From the human T2T-CHM13v2.0 reference genome, Homo sapiens, in NCBI RefSeq assembly GCF_009914755.1, contig NC_060930.1: a stretch of 64,000 bases of DNA; one strand, given 5' to 3'. A program made the position numbers and the translations under genes. Shown in pieces: positions 1-12,715 of the stretch. Position 1 is the first letter of the stretch. Every line of letters begins with the position of its first letter. The notes under the pieces were generated by a model. It was not told the origin of the DNA, did no database searches, and was given only the letters and a program-made list of their open reading frames with translations.

Positions 1-1346
1 TATAATAATAAACAGAGAATCCAGCCATGACAGTGAATGCAACATATTCCAGATTAAACCCATCAGTGCAGGGAAGACGTTTTTATAAGAATGTTCTGTA
101 TGGTTGACTCCCCAGGCACAATGTGGCCTAACACAAGTATATGTTGAGTTTAGGGTGGCAGAAAACAGGAAAAGGATGTGTTCATTCCAGGGCAGGGCTA
201 TATTACTGCTGACAACACTGTGTAACTGACCATGCCTAGTTTCCATATATGAATGCAAGGACAAACTAAACAAGATGTCAAGGGACAAGGACAGTCATTA
301 CACCAAGCAATGCCCTCAGCATATGAAATACTAGGACTGGAAATGGCTCTTCAAGAGGGACTAGGGAAGATGTTCAGGTCTGTGCAAATTCTAGCTTTGC
401 TGGGCAGAGCTGCAATCCACTGACCTCACCATTGCCCACCCTAGGTGGTGTCAGTCATTCATGGCCCATATCCAGGGATGGAATGAGAGAGCTGCAACCA
501 TGGATCTGCCAACTGACAGCCATGGAGTGATTCTTCCACTAAGAAACAGACAGTGAAAGCAAATGTTTCATTTTCTGATGCTGAGTACGTTCAAGCCGCC
601 TCTTTGACAGCCAGGGAGTCCAAGGAGTTTTCATTTCTAAGATCTAGATGTATAAAAAAGAAAACCAAGTGAAGAGGTTTCTTCAGAAATGTCAGCAACA
701 ATTTCCTGTTGGGTAGTTCTAGACTACTGGAGACTCTGGAGCCAGGCCATTTGGCCCAGGCTATAGCGTCTCTGTGATGTTTATTCTCTGGTACTTAACA
801 GGTTAGTCTGGAGTTGACTGGGGATTGCTACTATAGATGTGAAAAGAATAAATGTTCTCGGCTATCTTGAGATTCGCTAATAAATGGTAGGCACTGGGGA
901 TAAGTTAAAATTTCATTGTCCTTCAAATTAGCCCTCTATTTGTGGCCAACCTGCCGCGTTTCGGGTTTGGATGATGTAGTTTCCGTGGTTTACTTTGCTC
1001 TGTTCAGCAACCTGTGCCTACTGGTACCAGCTCTAACTGCCATGTGCTCTTCACCTGTCATGGCCCCAAGACAATCCCTGGGGCTGAGATGGTTGTGGAG
1101 GCACCAACAGGTTCACCCCACTGTGAAGGGCACACTGGTTTCCTTCCCAGGAAAACACGGGAGGAAGCACTTTGTGAGATTATCCTGGCAGGCATAGGAT
1201 ATATGATATGCAACTAGAGCTACTTTCTGGAACCCCTCTTCAAGGTGCCTCTTTTCAGGCAGCAATGCAGGCATTGCTTTGTGTTTCTGATTTTTAAATG
1301 ATCTCCACCAATAGACATTATATGTATATTACATTATGTAGCATAT

Positions 1347-2052
1347 TGTGGTGGTTAGTTTTACATGTCAACTTGACTGGGCTAAGAGATGCCCAGAGAG
1401 CTGGTGAACCATGATTTCTGGGTGTGTGTGTGAGGGCGTTTCTGGAAGATATCAACATTTGAATTGGTGGACTGAGTAAAGATCACCCTCCCCTATATGG
1501 GCAGGCACCATCCAGCCCACTGAGGGCCAGAATAGAACAAAAAAGCAGTGGGAGAGGAATCTGCTCCCTGTTGAACTGGGACATGCATGTTTTCCAGCCC
1601 TCGGACATCAGTGCCTGGTTCTTGGACTGAGACTTAAACCATTGCACTCCTCTCCCCACACCAAGTTCTCAGGACTTCGAATTCAGACTGAAACTTATAC
1701 CACCAGCTCTCCTGGTTCTCAGGACTTTGAATTTGGACTGGAACTTATACCACCAGCTCTCCTGGTTCTCGGGACTTCGAATTCAGACTGGAACTTATAC
1801 CACCAGCTCTCCTGGTTCTTGGGACTTTGAATTCGGACTGGAACTTATGCCACCAGCTCTCCTGGTTCTCAGGCCTTTGGATTTGAACTGAATGACACCC
1901 CAGCCTTCCTGGTTCTCCAGCTTGCAGACAGAAGCTCCTGGAGCTTCTCAGCCTTCATACCCATGTGAGCTGATTCCTGTAACAAATCTCCCTCTAAGAA
2001 ATGTATATCCATCCCGTTGGTTGTGTTACTCTGGAAAATCCTGAATAATACA
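1347..2052 (+). mobile_element. ERV-L LTR, MLT2B-type (MLT2B3-like)
   Basis: Starts TGTGGTGGTTAGTTTTACATGTCAACTTGACTGGGC and ends CCTGAATAATACA. Contains the typical MLT2B body and an internal tandem repeat. Confidence 0.85.
1661..1890 (+). repeat. 50-bp minisatellite (about 4.5 copies) inside the MLT2B LTR
   Basis: Unit CCTGGTTCTCAGGACTTTGAATTTGGACTGGAACTTATACCACCAGCTCT recurs at 1661, 1711, 1761, 1811 and partly at 1861. Confidence 0.95.
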
Positions 2053-3298
2053 GAATTTGGTACCCAAAAGTGGGATGCCCCTATAATAAAACCTAAGAAT
2101 GTAGAAGTAGCTTTGGAAATGGGTAATGGGTAGAGGTTGGAAGAGTTCTGAGATACAGCTAGAAAGGGCCTATCTTGCCATGAACAGACCTTTCAATGTG
2201 ATTCTGGTGAGGACTCAGAAAGAAAAGGAGAGCTGTAGAGAAGGCCTACATCTTCTTAGGGAATAACTAAGGAATCCTGAATGCTGATAGGAAGTCAGTA
2301 TGGACCAGCCATCTCCACAGAAGCCGGCAGCGATTCTCCAAGGCAACAGAAACATGACCCTGCAGCCAACTCAGAGAGCATCAGGGCTGCCCACCCATGT
2401 CAGGCCAGGCACAAGAGCCCCAGGGTAGAATGATTTAAAAGTAGGGGCCACTGGTGCCTGGGACTGCAAGGGCACTGCCTCACATCATGGGCTGCCCACC
2501 CTCCAGCACTGCTGTCCCTGGCTGTCCCGGGTGCAGCTCTGCCTTGGGCAGACCCTGGTGCCCTGTGAGCCCCAGCAGTTGCCTTCTGGAGGGAGCAGGT
2601 GGCAAAGGCTGGCAGTGACTGTGTGGTTCTCTTTTCCCCACCATGGGGAGTGCAGGAGCCTTGGGGGTGTGGCTGCCCTTACCTAAATTTCAAAGGCTGG
2701 GGTCCAGGCACAGAACCACTGTAGGGCCATCCAACTACACTGGATTGGGTCACCCAAAGCTGTGGGAGGCCACCCAAAGCTGTGGGGCCAGGGACTTGGA
2801 GAGCCAACCCCTGCCCTGCAAAGCTCCGGGGCAGAACCGCCAACTCGGTATGTCCAAAAGGCAGGACCCCTGCTCCAGTGGGTCTGGAGGGCACAGCATC
2901 TAGTCAAAGAGGATTATTCTGGAGTCTTGAGGTTCCATGTTATTTTCTCTGTTGGGTTTTAGACTTACTTGGGACCTGTTACTCCTTTTCTTTCCTATTT
3001 CTCCTTTCGGAAAGAAAATGTCTGTCCTATGCTGGTCCCACCACGGGATTTCTGAGGCACAGAGCTCGTGTGTTTTCATAGGCTCACAGCTGGAGGGTGA
3101 CTGTGGTCAGGATGAATCATACCTTGGATCTCACTAATACAGAGAGATCGCAGAGATACTGACATTGGGGATCAGAGGAAACCATATGATCTGGATGAGA
3201 TGTTGGGCTTTAGACTTGAGTTGATGTGGGAATGAAGCGGAGGCTATGGAGATGGGATGAATGTGGGAAAGATATGAATTTTAGGGACTGGGGTGGAA
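2053..3298 (+). mobile_element. MaLR internal sequence (MLT1A/MLT-int type)
   Basis: Begins with PBS-like TTGGTACC then AATGTAGAAGTAGCTTTGGAAATGGGTAATGGGTAGAGG, visibly homologous to the THE1 internal start at 57740. Ends in PPT-like AGGGACTGGGGTGGAA. Confidence 0.8.
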
Positions 3299-3650
3299 CG
3301 CCATAGACTGTGTATGTTCCCCCCACTAAATTCATATGTTGAAACCTAACCCCCAGTGTGATGGTTTTAGGTGGGGCCTCCGGGAGGTGATTAGGTCAGA
3401 AGGGTGGAGCCCTCATGCATGAGATTAGTGCCCTTAGAAATGAGACCCCAGAGAGCTCATTCATGCCTTCCATCAAGTGAGGACACAGCCAGAAGATGGC
3501 TATGAACCAGACAGCAGCCCTCCCCAGGCACAAAATCTGACACAGCCTGGATCTTGGACTTGTGGCAGAACTGTGAGAAAAAAATTTCTGTTGTTTAGAA
3601 GCCACACAATCTATGATGTTCTGTGATATCTGCCTGAATGAACTAAGACA
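3299..3650 (+). mobile_element. MaLR LTR, MLT1A/MLT1A0-type
   Basis: AAATTCATATGTTGAAACCTAACCCCCAGTGTGATGG...GGTGGAGCCCTCATG...GAACTAAGACA; about 350 bp. Confidence 0.85.
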
Positions 3651-6254
3651 CGTATCGTATCATATTATAGCATACTGTTCTGTTCTGTTCTATCTAGGTG
3701 ATAATACAAAAGAAAATTAAGGTTAAGATAAAATTAAATTAAATGCAATTCTGTCAGCTGCTGTGAAGATGAGCAATGGCTGTGTAAATGCACCTAAGGA
3801 AACCACTGTGTTGGGGACGTAGTGGATGCCGCACTGACCGTGCAGTGCCAATAGCTCTGCTGCCACAAACCCACGGGACCTTGGCTTCTGCACACACCTC
3901 TGTGGGGGGCTGAGCATACGCAGACGGCCTTGGTGACCTGAAGGCCTGGCAGTCAGAGGCTCGATGATGCTTTGTGGTTGATGCAGCGCAACTGGAGGGA
4001 TTCTGAAGACTGAGCCGACAGACACACTTTCGCCTGAGACTTACCAGCACTGGAGAGTGCGGGCTGTGCTAGCTCGGTCTCCCCCACTGCGCGGCCATTG
4101 CCTGAGACTTCCTTTCTTTACCCCCATAAAGGCTATTGAGCCTGAAATTATATCCCGAGCAGTCTCCCAGATGCAGAATAAAAGTCCTTCTTCCCACAGT
4201 ATCTTTTAGCTTTCAAAGGTTTAATTCATAGTAAAAAACGGACTTCCACGAGCCATCGTGTGGCTAAACTTTTGGGGGCAAACTTTTTACAGTGAATTAC
4301 TCCACACATAAAGGAAGAGAAGAAAACCATAAATAATAAGAAGCAAAGTTAACCACACTGATTACCAGAATGGGCATGACTCCCCAACAGGTGTCTTTTT
4401 ATTCTTCCATACTCAAGTATTTTTAAAAAGACTGATATGGTTACTTAACTGACTTCCTTAATAGAGAATCTTTGTCAGAAAAATCTTAAGCCCATTACTC
4501 TTAACTACTTACACTGCAGAGGTATTAAAGATGACAAGTAATGAAAAAAATCTATTTCCTCCTTTTTGAATATCTGTAATTCAAGAAATGCAACTCTGGT
4601 AATAAACGCATAGAGGACTCCACCATACAGAGGCGGGTGTATCTGTAATAAATCAGATGCCTGTTAGGTAAGGGTGATGTTTATCTGAAATGCAAGAGAC
4701 AGAGTGAGATCGTACCTTACAAAGGGCTTGAGAAAGACAGAAGTCAAAGATGGCTTAAGGAGGAGACATTTTCATTTTGTTTGTCATCTTATGCAATTAA
4801 ATGGGAAATGAATCCCTTGAAGAGTAAACACCTTAAGTACCATGAGCAGGGATGTAGCTTCTTGCTGAAGAAATGCAGGGAGTCTGTCATCTGGTGAGGA
4901 TGCAGCTGGCCCAGGGAGGCCTGGGGACCCCGGGAGTTATCTTGGGATAAGCATAGGATTCTGACCTTCACCACCTCCAAACAATACGCTTTTGAGTAAC
5001 TTTGCTGCCTTGTGCCTTAGTTTCATCATTCGTAAATAAAGATGATGATTTATAAAAATATAATAATAATAATAACAGTCCTCCCCTCTTAAGAGGGGGC
5101 AAAATTGTGCTTAGAATTTTCCTTACTTTTTTCTCCCCTGGGAATCTGAAATCATCCAAATGGGAATCAAATGACATAAATGAATTAGCATATTATGGAA
5201 ATACAATCTGTTCAAGCTACCAGATTGATCGGAGCTGAGTTTCTGAGTGACTCAGTGCCTTCTAACGAAGCATCTCAGCATAAGAGAGGAAAACAAATAA
5301 AGAGGTGCTGAAAATAACATTCTGGGGTTTGCAGCCAGGCGGGCTAACTCCGAGGAGGTTCTATTTCAAGATGCTGTCATTGATACCTGTCTATGCGGGT
5401 CACTACACACAGCTCTGCATTCCCAGTGCCTCTGCAGTGATCCCATCTTACAGGACGTGCTCCACTGCTTACAGGAAGGACAGAGGGGGCTTTGACATGT
5501 TGGCAAGCTCGGACTGTGCTGCCTAGGCCCATTCCAGCATCTCCTGACTGCCGTGGGTGCCATGAGAGTGACCCACCACACAGCTGCCAAAAACACACAC
5601 CAGCATAACCATCAGTGACTTGACTTGCTTCAACAGAGAGATTCTGCTGGAATGATTTTATTTTCTCCTTTACAAACAACTGAACACAGCTTATTTCCTT
5701 CCAGGAAGGGAATGCATATCTCCTCTAGGCTGAGAAAGTTGACTTGCAGGGAAAATGCTTGAAAACTAGTTAGGCATGAAAACCCAGGTGCAGTCCTATC
5801 AGAAAAATCATCATTACCAAGAAATATTTCACGTAAGCAGCTCATTCGACACTGCGGAGAGCACCTACCGAGACGAAGGAATTCCACACTGCAAGCCCTC
5901 CTGCAGAAGGGCGCACCTGTGTTCTCCGTGCAGGCACCGGCCATCTTTAGTCATGAACATGATCACAGGCCTTTCATATTGTAACTGGAGGTATTACAGC
6001 TGAACCAAGACATCATTCTTTCTAACCAGGTGGCATCTAACTTCCTCCCCACATCCCTATTCAGCAGAACTAAATAAAACCTCAACCAGGAAAGTCCTAA
6101 CACAGCTCCAAAGCCAAGCAGTCTTTGTGGAGGAAAGGGCTGAAGGTGAACACAGCTTACACTTTCCAAGCCTTTGCTTGAGCCGGCAGCACTCTGCACA
6201 CTCTAACAAGGGAGAGCCTCACGTCGGCAATGATGTGGGGTAGTTATCTGTTAA

Positions 6255-6555
6255 TACATCCTATCCCACTTTCAGCAGGGGGACACTGAGGCCAGGAGAG
6301 GCACCCCAAGATGACACAGCTCGTGGGGTTAGAGCTGGACTCAGCTCCAGGGTCTGGACTTGGTGTTCCTGGCCCCTGTATCAGGGATTCTCCATGTTGG
6401 CAGTGCCCTAGAGACACCGGCGGAGGTAGCTTTCATCAATTCTCGCGCTCAGACCAACCAACTTAGAGTCTCCCAGAGGGGTCTGAGGCATCAGCATCTT
6501 GTGAAAGTCCCCCAGGCCATTCCAGCTTGCAGCTGAGGATGAGAACTACTGCTCC
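6255..6555. mobile_element. Adjacent old MIR fragment and MER5-like hAT fragment
   Basis: MIR-like GGACACTGAGGCC...CCCAAGATGACACAGCT, then MER5-like ...CCCCAGGCCATTCC...GATGAGAACTACTG. Confidence 0.45.
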
Positions 6556-7397
6556 ATACAATACAGCCCATCTCTTAAGGTGCATGACCAACCCTGTTTG
6601 ATGAAGATGAGGCTTGGTTCATTCTTGGTCTCACGGTTGGGAACACGTTTCTTTGCAATACATTCTTTTAAATCAAGTTCCCTTACAATACAAAGTGGGG
6701 ATATTACCCTTTGGAATTCATTTTATGTGGAATGCATTATATAGAACGGTTACCTGTAATAACTCCATGTTGAGTCATGAATATGGAAGCTTTGTCAAGT
6801 TAAAGGAGTCGAGCACATTTAAGGCATCCTTAAGTACTGGGGCGACAGGCAGCACCGCCGGGTCAGAGGGAGAGGAGCAAGGTTGCAAGCGCACCCCAGC
6901 AGTGTGGCCCCCTCAGCAGCTGAGCAGATGACCTCCCTCGGAAGTGACCCGCCCCCTCTCTAAAGGAAGGAGACGGGTGCCCAACGCTCCAAACTTGTTT
7001 GGAGATCAAATGGAGCCGTCGGAAGCCATTATCCTCCGAGGTGAGCTGGAAGGAATCCCACTGACAACCCTCACTTCCAGGCACAGGACAATCAGCCACG
7101 GTTTGGAGAAACAAGCTGGAGTTTCAAAATGACTTCTGCAGGTCTCCCGCCTCCTTTCATTTTTCTTTTTCAAAACATTTGACTATTCACATGCCTGGCA
7201 TCTTCCCTGGACGGCCGCCTGGGCTTTCGGGGTTTTGCTGTCAGCAGGTGGAGAGCATCCCTGCGGCTGTTACCATGCGTTCCTTCTTTCTCCTTGACAT
7301 TCTTCAGGATGATTAATGATCTCACAAATCAGGGATATTATGAGGGTGGAGAACGGGTTAGGAGATACTTGAACAACTTGGGCTAATGGAACGCAGA

Positions 7398-7590
7398 GGT
7401 GTTAGAGCTGAGACAAACTTGGAGGTCCCTTTGAGTCAACTCTCTTCTTTCACAGATGAGGAAGAAACAAGAAACTAAGGTTTTGGGCCAGCAGGTGTCC
7501 TTGCCCAGGCTAAGTGCTAGTTAGTACCAGTTAGTGCTAGTTAGTGCCAGGCCTCCTCTCCACATAACTCCGCTGCATCATGGTTAGATC
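7398..7590. mobile_element. MIR fragment
   Basis: Core TTTCACAGATGAGGAA and TTGCCCAGG...GCTAGTTAGT. Confidence 0.5.
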
Positions 7591-7825
7591 CAGGGACCTA
7601 ACCTACTTCGAAGTATGCAAAGTATTATTTGCAAAGCTTTTCTATTTTTCTCTTCAGAAAATAGATTCCAATGAAATTTTTGGGAAAAAAAAATCTACTT
7701 TTTAGTGATGGATCATTACGGAAAGCCGAAACAGTATAAGATGTAAAACAATGATTAGTTTTAAAGCTGACTTTTAAGGAACACAAGGAAACAAAAATGT
7801 TTCTATTCTTCTATGTTTATATGGC

Positions 7826-8132
7826 TTTTTTTTTTTTTTTTTTTTTTTGGACAGGGTCTTGCTCTGTCACCCAGGCTGGAGTGCAGTGGCACAATCACAG
7901 CTCACTGAAGCCTTGAGATCTTGGGCTTAAGCAATCCTCCCACCTCAGCCTCCCAAGTAGCTGGGAATACAGGTGTGCGCCACCATACCCAGTTAATTTT
8001 TGACTTTTTAAATTTTTCGTAGAGATGGGGTCTTAACATGTTGCCTAAGTCTCGAACTCCTGGGCTCAAGCAATCTTCCCACCTCTGCCCCCTAAAGTGC
8101 TGGGATTACAGGTGTGACTACCACATCCAGCC
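7826..8132 (-). mobile_element. AluJ
   Basis: Poly-T, then ACAGGGTCTTGCTCTGTCACCCAGGCTGG...GCTCAAGCAATCTTCCC...CAGCC. Flanks ATATGGC/ACATGGC are TSD-like. Confidence 0.92.
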
Positions 8133-9021
8133 ACATGGCTCATTTTCATAGCATAAAAATAATTTTAGCTACTCAAGCACATTGTTCCAAAATATTTTAA
8201 AAATAACTTTACATTACAAAAAAATTAGAGATATTTCATTTCTGTTGAAAACTTGCAGTAACAGAGTATAGGGAAGAAGACAACAGCTAGCCCCAATCCT
8301 GTAAGTCAGCCCTTCACTTTGGCATGTTTGCTTCTGGCACAATGTCCATCTCATGTGTGTACACACAAATACACACACCTCACTACTGCTCAAGTCACTC
8401 TTAAATTTAACAATACCATGATTATTCTGTACACAGAGTTTTATGTCCAGCCTATTCCACATAACCATGGATCAGGAGCCGTTTCTCAAGGACACTGTGG
8501 ACTGGATTATAAACAGCCGTGGATACTTGCATTAGGGAGAGTGAAGTCATCGAGATGGAGCGTTCTGCACTTTAGCTAAGAGGCCAAGGTCAGCCCTGAG
8601 GGAGTCCAGGCTTAGCGACAACTTAAACAGGGTGCAGCTTCCCGCTCCTCCATTCCACTGTATTCCTACAGAGCAGAGCAGGCAGGCACAGATTCCAGCT
8701 GCATTCCCACTTTGCCTCCCTTTCCTTCAGTGGCGGGGGAGGGTGAGGCCAACTTTGAAGGGAAAGAAGGAACCGTTACGCTTGAAGGAGAAAAGGAGCT
8801 CTTCCGGGTCACTCCTGGTGCCCTGGAGAGGTGAACATGGAACCGCCTGATGGACAGTAGGACAGTGTGTGGCCAAGGACAGGCTGGAGAGCTTCCCGCA
8901 TCCACTTGCCTTTGTCTTAAACCACAGGAAGATGCCTCATCTGTGTTTGAGAGCAAATCTCAATGCCTCGAGGATGAAAGAGTGGGTTTTAGGAAAGGAA
9001 CGTATTATCTAGCAGCTGTTC

Positions 9022-9612
9022 ATTTTAAGAATAACAGCTTTTTGGAGATATAATTCACATTCCATATGATTTGCCCATTTAAAGTGTACAATTCAATGGT
9101 TTTTAGGATATTCACAGAGTTGTGTACCATCGGTGGGTTTTAAAGATTTTAATCACCCAAAAGCAGCTCCAGACCTGTCTGCACTCAGTTCCCACCTCTC
9201 TCACCCCCCAGCCTAGGAAACCACTCATCTACTTCCTGTCTCTAGGGTCTGCCTCTCCTGGACGGTCATATGAGTAGAATCTTAACCCGTGCGGCTTGGT
9301 GCCTGGCTGTTCCCGCTAAGTACACTCTTCCCAGGCTTCACCCATGTTGGAGTGGGCACCAGTACTTTATTCCTTTCTATTGCCCAATATCATTCCGTTG
9401 AATAGATAGACACTTTATTTTTCCATTTCCCAGATAGTGGACATTTGAGCTCTTTCCCTTTTTTGGCTACTGTGAATTGGCTGGTGCTGCCATGAACATT
9501 CCTGTGCTAGTTTCTGTGTAGACAGCTGTGTTCATTTCTCTTGGTGAACCGCCTAGGAGTGGACCAGTGAGGTCGCATGGTAATCTCTGGTCAACCTTTC
9601 GAGAAACTGCAA
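9022..9612 (-). mobile_element. Old L1M (L1MB-like) 3' end
   Basis: GAGATATAATTCACA...CCCATTTAAAGTGTACAATTCAATGGTTTTTAG is the antisense L1MB 3' UTR signature. Confidence 0.75.
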
Positions 9613-9700
9613 GAACAGTTCACTGTGTTGGCATTCAGATGATCCTGCACTAACAAATGTCTAATTTAACTTCCTATTTTGAAGAGATAGCTGTAACTGA

Positions 9701-11062
9701 AGAGACATAGACCAATGGAACAGAACAGAGCCCTCAGAAATAATACCACACATCTACAACCATCTGATCTTTGACAAACCTGACAAAAACAAGAAATGGG
9801 GAAAGGATTCCCTATTTAATAAATGGTGCTGGGAAAACTGGCTAGCCATATATAGAAAGCTGAAACTGGATCCCTTCCTTACACCTTATACAAAAATTAA
9901 TTCAAGATGGATTAAAGACTTAAATGTTAGACCTAAAACCATAAAAACCCTAGAAGAAAACCTAGGCAATACCATTCAGGACATAGGCATGGGCAAGAAC
10001 TTCATGTCTAAAACACCAAAAGCAATGGCAACAAAAGCCAAAATTAACAAATGGGATCTAATTAAACTAAAGAGCTTCCACACAGCAAAAGAAACTACCA
10101 TCAGAGTCAACAGGCAACCTACAGAATGGGAGAAAAGTTTTGCAATCTCCCCATCTGACAAAGGGCTAATATCCAGAATCTACAAAGAACTTAAACAAAT
10201 TTACAAGAAAAAAATCAAACAACCCCATCAAAAAGTGGGCAAAGGATATGAACAGACACCTCTCAAAAGAATACATTTATGCAGCCAAAAGACACATGAA
10301 AAAATGCTCATCATCACTGGCCATCAGAGAAATGCAAATCAAAACCACAATGAGATACCATCTCACAGCAGTTAGAATGGTGATCATTAAAAAGTCAGGA
10401 AACAACAGGTGCTGGAGAGGATGTGGAGAAATAGGAACACTTTTACACTGTTGGTGGGACTGTAAACTAGTTTAACCATTGTGGAAGACAGTGTGGCGAT
10501 TCCTCAAGGATCTAGAACTAGAAATACCATTTGACCCAGCCATCCCATTACTGGGTATATACCCAAAGGATTATAAATCATGCTGCTATAAAGACACATG
10601 CACATGCATGTTTATTGTGGCACTATTCACCATAGCAAAGACTTGGAACCAACCCAAATGTCCATCAATGATAGACTGGATTAAGAAAATGTGGCACATA
10701 TACACCATGGAATACTATGCAGCCATAAAAAAGGATGAGTTCATATGGTTTGTAGGGACATGGATGAAGCTGGAAGCCATCATTCTGAGCAAACTATTGC
10801 AAGGACAGAAAACCAAACACCACATGTTTTCACTCATAGGTGGGAATTGAACAACGAGAACCCTTGGACACAGGATGGGGAACATCACACACTGGGGCCT
10901 GTGGTGGGGTGGAGGGATGGGGGAGGGATAGCATTAGGAGATGTACCTAATGTAAATGATGAGTTACTGGGTGCAGCACACCAGCATGGCACATGTATAC
11001 ATATGTAACAAACCTGCACGTTGTGCACGTGTACCCTAGCACTTAAAGCATTAAAAAAAAAA
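9701..11062 (+). mobile_element. 5'-truncated L1PA (about L1PA4/5): disrupted ORF2 C-terminus, 3' UTR and poly-A
   Basis: ORF pieces 9989-10850 encode the ORF2p C-terminus ([18 protein letters not shown]...HMFSLIGGN*), broken by a frameshift and a stop. G-rich 3' UTR and A tail follow. Confidence 0.95.
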
Positions 11063-11169
11063 GTTCACTCTAAAAAGCATGGGTTAAATTACGTTACAAT
11101 TGATAACACTGAACTAAAAACTTGAGTGCCTACAATAAACTAGAATGTCTCACCTAAGACTTTTGTGTA

Positions 11170-11325
11170 CGTAAGAATTACTGGGACATCTTGTTTGAAA
11201 AGTCATATATCTAGGCCTTGTTTCTACAAGATGATGATTCAGTAGATCAGGAGTGGGGCCAGGATCTGTGTTTGTAACAGTCCTCTCCCCGCCCCCAAAC
11301 ACACAGACAATTCTAATCAGGTCTA
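11170..11325. mobile_element. MER5-like hAT fragment
   Basis: AGAATTACTGGG...TGATTCAGTAGATCAGGAGTGGGGCCAGGATCTGTG. Confidence 0.45.
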
Positions 11326-11638
11326 ACCAAAGTGGTCAACTTCTGCATTTTCTTACCATTGGTTGTACTGATAAATGTCAACCAGATTTCTCTCCCCTAT
11401 AGAATTTTCACCAGAAGTCCCACGGACCTTCTAACTCACTTGGAAGAGCTCTTTTCCTCCTTTGTATACTTAAGTGGTTTAAAGTCTGTACATATTTGGT
11501 CTATGCATTTTTTGTCCTTCTTGTTGGTGACAGGTCCTTCCCAACATATATCTCATTTCCTCAGCTAGAAGGCAAGTGACCTGAAGGCAGAGAATGATAT
11601 ATTTGTACTGCTCCCCTGCCTGTAGTTGCTGGGGACAC

Positions 11639-12135
11639 TGTTGCAAGACCTAAAAATTCAAGTGCCGCCTTCACATCTCAGAGCCTCATGGGGCCCCAAG
11701 GCCTCTGCATGAGCTCCCTGCTCTGCCAAGTGTGCCCCCCTCCCAGAGAGAAAGTCTCCCTACCCTGCAGGTTTCCCCATAAGCTGGACCAGCTGCCCCC
11801 ATCCAGCACCCACCCTAAAAGGCTTCAGTTCCCTGCCAGCCCACAGAATCATTCCAACAAGCCAGCCACACCTTCTGCAGGAACCAGGGGCCACGTGACC
11901 CTCCCGTTCCTAGGAAGCCTGCCTCTCACCGTCTCGGCACCTAAGTGCTGCCCCCGTGACGCCCTGTGTGGCACGGGGTGCCCTCCTCCCCAGGGGGTCA
12001 GTTTATGTAACTAATAAGCTGCTGTCAGTTCATCTGTCCAGTGCCCGGCGCTGTGTGTTCAATCGCCTAATGCTGTTTAGGGCAGGGGGAAGTTCCCTCT
12101 CTCACCAACACAGTGAATAGGAGGTGATCAGAACA
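11639..12135 (+). mobile_element. Solo LTR (LTR47-like, ERV-L class, tentative)
   Basis: TG...CA bounded 497 bp, flanked by GACAC/GATAC (4/5 TSD match). Family name from memory only. Confidence 0.55.
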
Positions 12136-12715
12136 GATACGGTAGGTGCCCAGCTAGTGACGGGCTTAAAGACTGTGAGCCTGGAACGGAGATTTTGGAT
12201 CACATTCTGACTCTAACGCTGCACTAGGGGCTCATCCCTCACTTGCAGGATGGGCGTGCAGAGGAGCTGGGCAGAAATCGGTATTTCTAATGCCCAGTCA
12301 CTGGGTCAACAAAGGAAAACAACCCAACCCAACCATGAGTCACGTTGTATTTAAAACCGAGTGAGGCCGTCGGCCTGCCGGTATCGAGGCTGGTTTGTCA
12401 GGCCCCATCCAGCCCAACAGCCTGCTCGCAGCCTGCTGCTCTGCTTTCCCAATGCCGCTCCACGGCAGAACATATGTGGGAGAATGGTATTTACGCAATA
12501 CAGCTCTTCTCTGACAATTGTGGAAACTCTGCAGGGATATTTTAAATATTCATGGAAATGTTTATACTGTTTATTATCAATCAGAGAGTAATGTGCTCAT
12601 TTAGAGACATTTTCAGAAATCGTGAACATTAAATGGAATGAATATTTCCTCAAATAACGGAGTAGAAATTGCAGTTACCTGTCTCTGAAGCAGCCGGCCC
12701 TTCCGAAGCTCTTAC

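Noticed and set aside
9989-10850. L1 ORF2 pieces as functional CDS
   Set aside because: 5'-truncated, with a frameshift and an in-frame stop.
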